DNA of 64,000 bases from Chrysomallon squamiferum (Eukaryota > Animalia > Mollusca), in the NCBI GenBank assembly GCA_012295275.1, contig CM022678.1, forward strand, positions 3,596,001 through 3,660,000. Direction: 5' to 3'. The position numbers were made by a program, and so were the translations under genes. The notes beneath the pieces were generated by a model. The model did not search any database. It was not told the origin of the DNA and saw only the letters and a list, made by a program, of their open reading frames with translations. This document shows positions 1-13,500 of the stretch, piece by piece (within the stretch, counting starts at the first letter, position 1; each line of letters begins with the position of its first letter).

Positions 1-277
1 AAACTGAATAACAGCAACTCATGTTTTAAAACAATTCGATGAAAATTACAGAAAGAAAAGCCAAAGCCAGAAAATAAACAAACAGATCTAAACACACGTA
101 GCTATAATAATATTACAATTTTTTGATGCCTCAATATTCTAACATGTGTCTAAGGTGCTAACAAAAAAAGTTAGTTTAAATCTTTATATATGACTAAATC
201 CACAAATTGAACATGCTACCCAAAAAATAGAAAAGGAAGTAAGCCTTAAAAAAAAAAAAAAAAAAAAAGATGCATAC

Positions 278-3200
278 CCCCTTCTCCTGGTCCATTTTTT
301 CGTGATCTTCGTCTTGCCAAAGATGCCACTTGTTGTCCAGGTTCTGGATGATCTTTGCGGTGTTCAGTACGTCCTGCCTCACTATGGTTTTGTGCGACGT
401 GATGCCGTCGATGGGTCGAACACGCTGCTTCAGTTCCCTGTTTAGTGTCGCGCCGAGGTCACACTCCCTCAACTACAAAGCAGAAACATTAAACAAAAAT
501 AAAAACAATTAAATCAAAAAAAAAAAGACTGTGTGGTCTTATCAGATGTTGTTAATGCGATTCTTATTTTTCGTGTAAGTGAGATCCCAGTTTTTGAACA
601 AGACCATCTTTTCTGAAAGTGAATTATACTAATACGAAAACAAATGAAAAAATAAAACCCTCCAAAAAACAACAAAAGCAGTCTAAATGTATTCTGCATA
701 CTTCTCAATTTTATTTTGTTATTACCATTTTTTTTGAAAAAACTGAATTAAAACAAGAAAAAAAACCCAGTAAAATCTGAAAATATGTTGGCACTGCTGA
801 AAGTGAATTATACTAATACATTTTTCTGTAATTATTAACTTGTTATGTTAATATGCACAGGGTGAATTGACCAAATGAATTTGGAAGTACGAAGCAAACA
901 AACAGACAAACAAACAAATAAATAAAACAATAATACAAAAAGGCCCTAACAAACACTGGACTAAAAGATTTTATTTTTTATTATTACCTACAAAGATGAT
1001 GAAGTTGGCTTCAAAATGAAAGAATTGTAACAATGAATTTTACTGTTGAGCTTTTCTTAACATGGTGAACAATATAGAAATGAAACGTGACACTACTGTT
1101 AAACACAGACATCAACTTACACGAATGTTGTTGAGATTCCAGCAGATCTCTTTGATGTTGACATTCTTCTCAAAGGTCACCCAACCGCGACGGAATCTGA
1201 ATCCTGCAGAGCCACGCGTTCGGTTGAGGATCCTGATAAATAAAACAGTATTAGTACCACATACCTTAAAACAAATAAATCCTGGATATCTCTTACATAC
1301 CTAACAGAATGATAAATAAAACAGTATTAGTACTCTCTCTCTCTTACATACCTTAAACAAATAAAACAGTATTAGTATTCTCTCTCTTACATACCTTACA
1401 GAATGATAAATAAAACACTATTAGTATTGTACAGCACTGGCTGATTCTATCTGTGATTTGTCATCTCACACAAACACAAAACAAAATAAAATAGTCATCT
1501 CACTCTCTCTCTCTCTCTCTCTCTCTCATCTGTGATTTGTCATCTCTCTCACTCTCTTTCACAAACTGTCATCTGTGATTTGCATCTCACTCTTTTCAGA
1601 CAACACATCTGTGATTGTCATCTTTTACAAACTCTGCACCATCCATCTGTGATTTGTCATCTCACTACACACACCCCATCTGTGATTTGTCATCTCACTA
1701 CATTGTTTCACAAACTCTCACATCTGGCTTTGATTTCACAAACTCCCATCTGTGATTTGTCATCTCCCATCTGTGATTTGTCATCTCACTACACACTTTC
1801 ACAAACTCCCATCTGTGATTTGTCATCTCACTACACACTGCCACAGAATCCCGTCCCACAAAACTCACATTTGAAGAGCACTGGTTTGAACAGGAAAACG
1901 ACACTAAACTAAACCGAAATAGCTGACACTCACGGACTCTACTTCTTGCTTGGTGATGGTGGGGGCGAGGTTTCGCAGGAAGATGGAGCTGGTTTTGTGC
2001 AGGCATCGAGGCTGGTTTTCCAAGCTTTCTCCGTTTTTCTCTGTCACATCTTGATCTTTCTCTCCCTCGTCTTCGAATGTTGCTGAGGAAAGACACAAAT
2101 TGTAAATAAATAAACTCTACCAGTCTTAGAAATAATAACAGAAAAACACCTCTTCCAAAGCTGCTAATTTGAGCGATAATAATATTTTAAAATAGACAAA
2201 AATTTCACCACTAAATTTCTAACCATTATTAGAAATAATTAAAAACAAATTTTTGATCTAAAAAATTGCTAATTTAAATAAATAGAAAGAAATTAAAACA
2301 AACAAAAAAATGTTTGATTGTTAACATTCATATAATGTATATTTTAGGCTGTTTTTTATTATTATTATTAACATTTTTTACTATTTTGTTTTACTTTTTT
2401 TTGTATCTGCCTCTGTGTAAATGTTAAAACAAGTTAAAATGCAAACATAAAACTGAATTTACAACACAGTGAGATCATTACACTGTGATCAAATTTAATT
2501 ATTTCATTATAATTAGTTTATTTCTTTCTTATGTTGTTACCTTCTTTCTTTGTAACCTTTGTTACATCTGGTTTCACATTCTCATCGGAGTTGTCTACCC
2601 CTGAAGGGCCAGGTTCTGCGTCTTCGACACCAGGTGGCATCGGTTCGGAATCGGAGTATGACCCACTTTCAGACTCAGACTCGCTGTCGTAATTGTAATC
2701 CGCCTTTTCGTGTTTCCGTGACGATGCTTTTTCTGATTTCTCCTCATCATCATCCTCCTGAATAAAGGACAGAAGGAAGAAATGAAAAAACGACAAAGCA
2801 CCAAACTGCATTAACCTGTTATCAACTATCGTAGTAAATAAAATCTGAATAAAATCTAAATCACCATTTATAACTTTGTGAAACTAAAAACAGCTATGGA
2901 GATCAGTCTATTAAAAAAGTATACAACGAATAAAATTTATTTTTGTCCAAACATAATATCAATCAGTGCTCAAATTCATACACAACAGGAAGATATAATA
3001 ATAATTTTAAAAAAAAATAATAATAATAACAATAAAATAAATAAAGTGTGAAAGAGAAATATTAAAAATGTTTGTTGTTGATTGAATGTTTAAGCCAGAA
3101 ACTGTTAAAACTTACATCTTTTGACTCTGTTTCTTCTTTTTCTGTCTTCTGCTTGATAAATTCTTTAGCTTTCTTCACAAGTTCTCTTTGTTCACGAGTG

Positions 3201-4987
3201 ACATTCATTTTCAGTGGCTTCTAAGTAATTTTGTTTTTTAAATTGTTTTTTAAATTAAAAAAAAACAGAAATAGGAAGAGAGAAATAAAAAAAAAAGGAG
3301 TAAATACTATTATTTATGAATTTTAGCTATCAGTGGTTTAATTTTATAATGTTTAATTAAAGTAAAATTAAAAAATAATTGAAATAAGAAATAAATTTAT
3401 TACAAGATTGGTTATTAAAATAACAACTTTATAAAAATAAAATCATACAAAACTAAATTTAAATAAAACAACTGAAAATTAAAATAAGAACAATGAAAAA
3501 TAACTAAATAATTAACTGATAATTAAAAGTAAAATAAAATATTACAAAATACAATTAATATAAATTATAAAAATAATAAAAATAATAAAATAGAATAAAA
3601 TAAAAAGAGTATAAAAATAAAAAAAAATAATAAAATAAAAAAAAAAAAGTATAAAAATAAAATAAAATAAAAAGTAGAAAAAAAATGAAATAAAATAAAA
3701 ATAAATAAAATAAAATAAAATAAAATGAACTAAAATGAAATAAAACAAAATGAACTACACTCACATCTGGGTCTACTGGTTTGGAATCATCTTTGCTTTC
3801 TTTGCGTTCTGTTCTTTTTCTTCTTTTCTCTTCAGGACTGCTGAAAACAATTTTTAAAATTCTTTTTTTATTATCAGCTAGCAATCATATCTTCTTTTAT
3901 GTACATTTTCTAAACGAGTCAAAAACCAAATTTCGTTTAATGAAATTTGTAATTTTGTTCCTAGCATATCCTCTTAAAAACCAGATTTGACCACAAAAGC
4001 TGAAATTAATAACTGTAACAATGTGATTTTTTCTATATACCGTTATTAAATAATAACAAAATAAATAATCTAAAGTTTATAATAAAAAAAAAAAAAAAAA
4101 AATAAACTAAATTAAACTAAACTATTAAACAAATATATAAATAACAAATTATAAAAAATAAAATAAAAAAACACAAATAAAAATTTATGAACTGCTGAAA
4201 CACACACTACACATTAAGCACATGATATTAGACAACAGTTATGTTAAGAGATTTCAAACTCGCGAGACGCAGTCAGGACGTGCTGCGAGTTTCTCACCTC
4301 TTTTCAAACGCAGCTGCCACTGGGAGAGATTCTGAGTTGTTGCGACTTCGAGAAGCTTCCTCTCTCTCCTCTGTCTCCACATCCAGGATTGTCAGGTCAA
4401 AGTCTGTGCCCCCCTCCATCTTGATAACAGCTGCAGACACAACACAAATAATTTTAAAACTTAAGTTTTATATACAAAAAAAAAATAAATAAACAAATAA
4501 CGTCGAACATATGATATCAAACTGAAAACACAAAGGTTCGGAGCACATGAATATCTTTAAAAAAAAAAAAAAAATAAAAAAAAATTAATTAAATCAAAAA
4601 AATACATTTTTGTCTTCGCAACAGAACTTTATTTACCAGCATCAAGAAGTTTGACTATGTCATCAGAATTGTCCACATCGAGAGCCACTGACGCGACACG
4701 ACCTTTGTCCATGAGGTCAATGAATGCATTCAGCCTGTTGTGTAACCTCTTGCGTGTCACTTCCTGTTTCCTGTCACATTCCTCGGGGTGATATTTAAAC
4801 TTAAACCTACAACAAAAACACATCCGAAAACAAATTAGAAGTAGCTCGTGGAAAGAGATAATGTTAAATTTTACTTAACAGCTTAATATAATATATTGTG
4901 ATTAAGGCATCAAAAAATGTTAAGAGATAATTTATTATAAATAAAAATGTATGGTTTTTTTAAATATTATGAATTTTAAAAATTTAA

Positions 4988-5032
<45 letters not shown>

Positions 5033-8000
5033 ACTAATAAACAGAATTATTATCATCAGAATAAAGTATTTTATTATATACTAAATATTTATCAAACTGA
5101 AAGATTTTGTAAGAAAATCTGCTGAAAACTGTAAATTATTTCGCTAAAGTACCTCAAGTCTGAATTAAGAAAAAAAAATACATATTAAAATTTATACATT
5201 TATCACAATGTGTCACAATAAATATGATTTAAATAAAAAAAATTTCAACTAAAAAAAAAAAAAAAAAAAAAATCTTTATAAATAAATAAATAAATAAATA
5301 AATAAAAAATCACTAACACTCACACAGTAATTTTTAAAATTACTCTAAAATACTCAAACCCTTCCACCTGCTTACCATGCACAATCTGGTGATGAAAAAC
5401 CACACCTCGATTCATCCCTGCGCTAAGCAGAGGCGTCCATTTTGGTTTTTTTTGTTTTGTTGTAAAAACGACCGTTTCAAAAACCCTACAACTAACCTAA
5501 CACTTGTAAAAGCTATCACTGCATTGTGCGCAGTGCCCTAACACTAAAATAATATCAAGCGATTTCCCCAGTCCGTTGTTTGGTCAATGCAAATATCACC
5601 ATGGCAGCGGTATCCTTGACGATGATGCTGCTGTTAATGAATTTTATTTTTTTTTTACATGTAAAACATAACACTAAAAAAAAATTAAACCTATAAAACA
5701 ACAAACATGACCAAAACTAACAGAAAAATAGAAGAAAAAAAAAAAGAATAAGAGAAACAAATAAAAGTTTTTTTTTTTTTTTCACTTAAAAAAGAAGCGA
5801 ATCCATATGATGCAGTTTTTAAAGTGTGATACTGGACTATGCTTACAACATTATATAGCAAAACTCAGAAGATTCAAACACAATATTGATCTAAATCTTC
5901 AGTTTTTTTTAATTTTAAATGTTATAAGCATACAAATTAACACATTAACAAAAATTTTAGAATCTGGATTACATTAAAACGCATTTCTGAAACCTACATC
6001 GAAACTGTTCAAAGGCCAAAATAAAAAACTACATAATGTTTTTATTTACAACTATACTATTATAAGAGATCATTCTTTAAAAAAAAAAAAAAAAAATACT
6101 TTTAAACAGTTTTGTAAATTTAAGAAATGTAGGATTGCAGCAAGAAAACAGATTTAGGATATTTGCTTGTGTACAGTAACAGTTTTGCTGTAATACATGT
6201 ATCAGTATATCCACACAAATATAAGAAAACATAAACATAAATTTGTATAATCTGCTATAAAACAGAAACATAAATGTGTATAATCTGCTATAAAACAGAA
6301 ACATAAATGTGTATAATCTGCTATAAAAGAGATACATAACTTCGTATCTCTGTGTAAATTTTAAATAACATTTCATTATAACTTCTAAATGACCCAGAAA
6401 AGAAACAATGGAACAGGTTTCTACGTACCATTCTTCTTCTTTGTGCGCGAGAAAGAATTCGCTGATCTGTTGACGACGAAAGTCTTTCTTGTACTCGTTG
6501 TACTTCTTGATGGCGTCCTGGTCATTGATGTTGTCATCCTGCTGGGACAGAAACTGTTTGAACGTCAGGATCGGAGGCTGGGTTGGGTAGTCGACTTCTG
6601 GTCTGTGAAAAAAAAACGAAATGAAAAAAAAAATTAATAAAAATTTAAAAACATTTAAAAAAATATATAATTTACAGAACTTAAAACCACAATAAATAGT
6701 AAATTTATAAAAAAATATATAAATACATATAAAAAAAAAATAATAATAATAAAAAAAAAAATAAATTTAAAAAATAAAATAAAATTTAAGATGAATAAAT
6801 AAATAATTAAAATAATTAAAAAAAAAGAAAAAAGAAAGAAAGAAATAAACAAACACAAATTTAGTAACAAATAAAATTTTAAATAAATTTTTTTTTTAAA
6901 TAAAATAAAATAAGGCTACTAGCAGCTGAACAAAACAAGATGACTGTCTAATTAATTATAACAAAATTGTGCTCACACTGGAGGAGAAGGAAAAGGAGCC
7001 TGTTGTTGAGGAGGACCCATGTCAGGCCCCACCCATATCCCTGGGTGGGGAGGACCGTGCATTGGACCACCAAATCCCATTCCATACGGACCCCCATAGC
7101 CTCCACTGCCACCCCCACCCCCACCACCCTCATCCCTGCAAAACAAATGAAAGGTTAAAAAAGTAAATGAAAAAAACATAGACACATAAAAAATATTCTT
7201 TCATATACAGTTTTAAAAAATGATTATTACTCGTTTCAAAAATGGATTCTGAGAGCTGACAAAATGAAATCGGAATTAAATTTTTATTATAAAATTGTGA
7301 AATTTTTTTTAAAAAATAATTTAAAAATATAAAATGAAAATAAATACGTAAAAAAATAAATTAAATTTCTGCCTGATTGAAACAGGACTTTATGATTTTT
7401 AGAAAGAAAAATACTAGACTAAATTAGTGACAATGACATTAAAAACTGGTAACTAGTAATATTTAAAGTCTGCGGCTCACCAGTCTCGTCTGATGCGTTT
7501 GTGTGGTGGACTCATATCATGGCGGCCGGGACTGAACCTGTCCCTCCGACGCGAATCGTAGTCACGCCCGTACGACTCCCGCCGATTGTCCCGGTTTCCA
7601 CGGTTACTCCACATGTCACGTGACCTTCCCGAACCTCGCCTGCATATTTATTTTTAAAGTTTGTTAAGTAAAAGGTAAACAGAATACGTCGCCCACATTT
7701 GTTTCAGTATTAAAGACATCACTCTTGATTAATTCAGCCTGTCTGTTCCTTACACAATAATTGATAGTTTACTAAAAGTGTCTGTTGATATTTTTCATTT
7801 TAAAAAAAAACGTTAAAAACACACACACACACACACTCACCGATAGACAGACCCATAGAGACACATACACAGGCAATCAGATATATATTAATAATATTAC
7901 TTTGAATTCTGGTAAGCTTAAACTTGTCATAAATATTAAAGTATATCTGCAAAGGTACAATGAAATTATCTTTAAAAACCCCAATTCTTTTGATCATTAA

Positions 8001-8609
8001 TAACAAACAATGTAAATAAAATAATATTTTAACAAAACATCTGAATGCTGCTGTTTTACTCTTTTTCATTGGAGTGGTATTGTTATCATGTATACAGCAC
8101 ATCAGAAATTCCATTTTTCTTACAATACTAAAAGAAACTTTACAAGAAACTGGTCTGGTCTCTACTTGATGCGAATATATTTAACTAAAACTTTGTATCT
8201 GCAAAAGTACATCAGGTGTATTTAAAATAAAATGTAAGTATTAATATCTTATTTACCTACAAGCATAGCTGTATATACTAGTTATATTTAAAACAAAATA
8301 TGCAATAACATTTTGTTTACCTATAAACAAAAGTATGCAAAGTATATTTAAAAGATAAGTATTAACATCTTTATCAGCTGATGTACACCAGGTAAATTTA
8401 AAATAAAATATAAGTATTAACATCTTATTTACCTTCATGCAAAGCTACACTAGGTATATTTAAAATAAAATACAATAATTTTGTATTTACCTGTCATGAT
8501 CCCATGAAGAATCACGTCTTCTATCATCTCTCCTCTCGTAATCATTTCTCTCTCTGCGAAATTTGTCACGACCTTTTCTTCGATCATATTCTTCATCACT
8601 GTCACCCAT
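278..8609 (-). CDS. SRRT: Serrate RNA effector molecule (Ars2) homolog, multi-exon, continues beyond window start
   Basis: GT-AG exons: 8491-8609 ([24 protein letters not shown]), 7481-7639, 6977-7135, 6429-6602 ([37 protein letters not shown]), 4637-4806 (FKFKYHPEE), 4298-4430 ([12 protein letters not shown]), 3765-3840, 3116-3220, 2541-2757, 1934-2082 ([19 protein letters not shown]), ~1121-1232 ([25 protein letters not shown], garbled 5' part), 278-472 ([19 protein letters not shown]). Motifs match Ars2/SRRT from recall; phases are consistent except at the garbled exon. Confidence 0.95.
1233..1860. repeat. Two degenerate, jumbled tandem repeat arrays in an SRRT intron
   Basis: 1233-1430: units containing ATAAATAAAACAGTATTAGTA and CTTACATACCT; 1445-1835: about 9 copies of ATCTGTGATTTG(T)CATCTC with variable spacers. 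Confidence 0.85.
6243..6330. repeat. ~33-bp tandem repeat, ~3 copies
   Basis: TGTATAATCTGCTATAAAACAGAAACATAAATG repeated; explains the repetitive ORF 6077..6376. Confidence 0.8.
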
Positions 8610-8619
8610 CTTTAATTAT

Positions 8620-9816
8620 CTACAGAAGACTGATATTAAAAATAAAACATAGCTGATATTATTTTATTATTTATTACATACACACTTAACACACGTGCAT
8701 ATTATAAAGTAATTTCTGAGTAATGATATTATGAAAAAACATATATGACTAATTTATATTAATATATCAAGATTCTGTGTATTTCAAATGTTTATCAATA
8801 GGTATTAGCCTTTAAAATATTATTTAATTTTAAATAAAACAAATATGAAAACAATCAAAAAACGTACTTTATATTTCGTTTTCTGTGATTTTCAAGATCA
8901 GTAAAGAGAATTATTGCAATTTCATTTATTAACTTTACTATATCAACTGTGGTATTGGAGTCTTTATTAATGATTATACATAATGATAATACTTAATATA
9001 TTATATGTAGTTCACTGGAATCACTGGCAATTAATAATTTAATTATTTCGATTTTATAGCTCTTTACAAAAATAAAGCATTTAGCACTTGTGCAGAAAAA
9101 TAAATAAATAAAATTTCAAAAATTAAAACATTTATTCCAACCAAAAAAAAATCATTTGTTACCGTTACATAAATTGTTCGTAAAAATCGCTACAGCGCAC
9201 GCTGACCTTGTTCAATTTGGATTATTGAATGTCATTCAAATAAAAATTGTACTCAACAAACCTGTCTTCTTACTAATGTAACGTGATACTGTTATTATTA
9301 TTTTTTTCATAATCGCTGTAACTTCATTAATAATACAAATGATGATATTTATTAGAGCAATTCAGCACTGATTCAAAAATTTCTAAACACAAACTGAAAA
9401 AGGGAAAAAGTTCAAAATCTGGTAATCTTTATTATTGGCGCGGAGGCCGACGAGTGCAGATCAGATCCAGTTTCTTTCTTTTAGGATTAATAATTAGCTT
9501 CTTTTTTTTTCTTTCATATTTTTAAAAACAATATGTTAGGTGAATACCTAAAGTAAGAACCGATTTTCAGATACTATGAACAATAACCGTTTCATTTCCT
9601 TATGGCAGCCATGCTTCCTTTCACACTTTATATGATGCGGGACAGATAAATGCCCGTTTTAAACCGAAAACTACCACAAATAGCAAAATGAAGTACAGTA
9701 TGTCAACTTTTTGTATTAATCCTAACCTTATTGAAAACTGGAAAATTATAAATAACAAAATAATATCAGAAAAATGGATGCATAGATAGTCAGGTAGGTA
9801 AGCAGATGTGTGTGTT

Positions 9817-9856
<40 letters not shown>

Positions 9857-10353
9857 TTTAATCTTGTTCAACTACACGAGCGCGACATCAATAAAGAAAT
9901 ATTTTGCTTTGATTACTTTTATTAATGACTTTATTTTATGACTATTATAAATTACGAGAAATATATTAAAATCACAAAATAGTAATAGAATTATAACTGA
10001 AACATTTTTGGTTTATTTACTGAACTAACAATTTTATATTTTTGAGGATCTAATTATTTGGGAAAGGGATAAAAATGTCATTTACAGCAGATTACAAATT
10101 ACATTATTTAGTTATTAATTAATTAAACAGACACAAATAGCAATTATTATTAAACTGAAGGGATTTAAAAAAAATAAAATAAATGATAATAAAAAAAATA
10201 AAAATAAACAAAAATAATATTCTAGGTTGTATTATGAACTTTTCATTAATTAATAAGGCCTCTTGCCGGTAACAAGGCTAATAACTCTTAATCATTTCCG
10301 GTAGCAAGTTCATGTGTAGTTTTGTAAGCTGAAGTGAAGTTTTATATAGTAAA
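8620..10353. promoter_or_regulatory. Divergent SRRT/SNRNP40 upstream region, probably containing the SRRT 5'UTR exon and both promoters
   Basis: Start codons at 8609 (-) and 10354 (+) face away from each other ~1.7 kb apart. An acceptor at 8620-8621 implies a non-coding SRRT exon further upstream. CpG-containing patches near 9180-9200 and 9435-9470. TSSs not determined. Confidence 0.55.
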
Positions 10354-10552
10354 ATGAGCCAAACTACAATGGATTTTAAAAGAAAAGCAATGGATGGTGC
10401 TGTCGTAGCAGTTCCAAATAAAAAACCTCGAACAGAAATTGCTTTGACAAATAATGGTCAGACGGCTGTAATGGAAACGGTAAATCATTTTGATAAATAT
10501 TACTTTTTTAGTTATTAATAATATAAATATTATTATGTTTTAAAAAAGATAC

Positions 10553-10589
<37 letters not shown>

Positions 10590-13500
10590 TGTGTGTGTGT
10601 GTGTGTTACATCTTACAGTAATACTAATAGTACCGTTGTGCTCGTTAAAGTATAATCTAATAATTTCTTTTAAAATTAATTGCTCAATTGTTTAACATTA
10701 AATGATATATTTTATTATTTAAACAAATAAATCATATTTTAATTAAACTCATATAAAAAACCATTTGACACATTTATCAAAGCACCTGATATGAAAATTT
10801 AATATTTATAATGTGTCAAAGCAAGACAGAGCAAAGTTAAGACAACAAATATATATATATATATATATAATATTTTTTTAAACAGGGGCCACCAAGAACA
10901 TCAAGTCTGAATGCTCCAATAATGTTGCTGACAGGACATGAAGGGGACATATTTTCAAGCAAATTTTCCCCAGATGGCCAAATTTTAGCATCAGCAGGGT
11001 TTGACAGACTTATTTGTAAGTCGTTTATATGGTAACAACAACAAAACCCACAAGCACCACAATAACAATACAAACAAAATTTACAACACATATTTGTTTC
11101 TATACATCTGTAGTAGTTCTTTGTTATAAATATTAGAAACTGTATCTATATTATTTTATTTTATTTTATGATATTATTTATTTTAAATTTAAATAGGTAA
11201 TATTAATATTGCTGTGTGTCTATATGAAATAATGTGTCAACTTTGATATGTGTGTGTGTGTGTGTATAAAAGTTACAGCTGACTTTTTTGAAAATAGACT
11301 GTGGCACAAATTAGGCTGTTATCAACATAATAGAACATTTTTATTTTATTATTGTTATTTTTAAAGATATTCCATTTTATTGTTTGTAGCTTGCATCTAA
11401 TTATATCATAGATTAAAAAAAATCTACATATATTTTGGCTAAATAACGATATCTTTCTTAAATGTATTGATATAAAAAAAATAAGTACAGATTGATCAAT
11501 AATGGATATTCCAGGTCTTGCACTGCATAAAAATGATAGATAAATCTTTTACAATAAATGTAAATATTTTTGTAAGACAGTAAATACAGAATGTTCTGTT
11601 TATGATTAAATATGATCATTTATGAACTTTCAGTTTTCTGGACAGTTTATGGTGAGTGTGAAAATTTCTACGTACTGAAGGGTCACACAGGAGCAGTTCT
11701 TGAGTTGCATTTCTCAACAGATGGGAAGTAAGTAAATTTATTTTACAATTGTAGAAGAATAAATAAAATTTATTTATTGATAATTTAGCTTCTCTATATT
11801 TTTAACTGCATGAGAATAAATAAATTTATTTATTAGTAGTTTATAAGATAATAATTTTTATTTGAATTATGATTGCAGTAAAAATAAAAATTCAGTTTAA
11901 GATTTTTCTTTATTAGTTTCAATATATATTCCCAGCTATCTACAGATAAGAATCATAAAAAATATTTTTACTTTTTGTCAAATGTTTCTTATTTCAGTTT
12001 CATTATAAATATATTCCTGGCATACATCTACAGACATTTTTACTTTTTGTCAAATTTTTCTTATTTCGGTTTCATTATAAATATATTCCTGACATACATC
12101 TACAGATATTATTGATAAAAATTTATTTTACTTTCTGTTATCAAATCTCATTTACATTTTGTCATATTTTTGTTCTTTCAGTGACAAAAAGTAAAAATAT
12201 TTTTTCAGGTTAAAAAAATCATAAAAATTAATTTTACGTTTTGCTATCACAATTTCAGCACACTGTTCACTGCATCAACAGACAAAACAGCTGCAGTATG
12301 GGATGTGGAGGTGGGTGTGAGGATACGCAAGCTGAAAGGTCACCAGACTTTTGTCAACACCATCAGTCCAGCACGACGTGGTCCCCAGCTCGTCTGTACA
12401 GGAAGTGACGATGGCACTGTACGAGTAAGTCGTTTTTTTTAATCTCTTCTTCTTCTGTAGCAGTTAAATTAGTTAATAAAATATATATATTCTAATAAAA
12501 ATCAGTTTGTTTTAAACATTTATTAAACATGTATCTGTTACCAAATAAATGGTCTGATGTATAATTTTTATTTTATTTTAAAGTTTATTAAAATGTTTTC
12601 ATAATCAAATAAATGGCCTGATATATAAGATTTTTTTTTTTTTTTTTTTTAAATTTATTAAAATGTATCCATGACTAAATAAATGGTCTAATAAAATTCA
12701 GATTAAAAAAAAAAATAGTTTAAAAAAAAATAAAAATAAGGAAACAAAATAAATAATCTACGAAAATTCAGTAGTTATTAAAATGTTCAGATAAACAGTT
12801 TAATAAAAGCCTTTATTCTTTAAAGTGATTTAATTTATTGTTTTGAGCCACATAACAAAGTATGACTGTGAAAAAAAAAACATGGCTGCAACATATGTGT
12901 TTTATCCTGCATCCATTGACATATGACACTGACATGTGTCAGGGCTGTGTTTTTCTGACAACACTTTTTTATTTCCCTTTTAGCTTTACTTCTATTTATT
13001 TTTTACTTTAATTTACTTTATTTTACTTTAATTTACTTTATTTTACTTTAATTTATTTTGCTTTTTTACTTTAATTTAATTTATTTTGCTTTTAGTCTTT
13101 AATTTACTTTTTTACTTTAATTTACTTTTTTACTTTACTCTACTTTGCTTTAATTAACTTCACTGCATTTCACTTCACTTTTACTTTAAGCTGTGGGATG
13201 CCAGGAAGAAAGGAACAATTCAGACGTTTCAGAACACGTACCAGGTGACTGCAGTCAGCTTTAACGACACGGCAGAACAGATATTTTCAGGAGGAATAGA
13301 CAATGACTTGAAGGTAGTTACAAAATGAAGGAAAAAGCTATATAATTTAACAAAACCTCCGTACATTTTATTAGTAATAATTCTTAGGTGATAAACACGT
13401 TTAACATATGTTGATGATTATGAAAAAAAATGACATAGGGATATCAGTATATGGGCTTGACATCATTTAGCAATAAGTAATTAATAATGTGCACCCTCCC

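Noticed and set aside
1233-1860. Repeat-spacer-like array suggesting CRISPR
   Set aside because: Eukaryotic intron with irregular spacers built from the same motifs and no cas genes; it is a degenerate minisatellite.
5389-5420. GTGATGA C-box-like motif on + in the SRRT intron
   Set aside because: Antisense to the host gene, with no suitably placed D box.
12985-13190. TTTACTTTA repeats before SNRNP40 exon 5
   Set aside because: Low-complexity intronic repeat; nothing beyond an extended pyrimidine/branch region.
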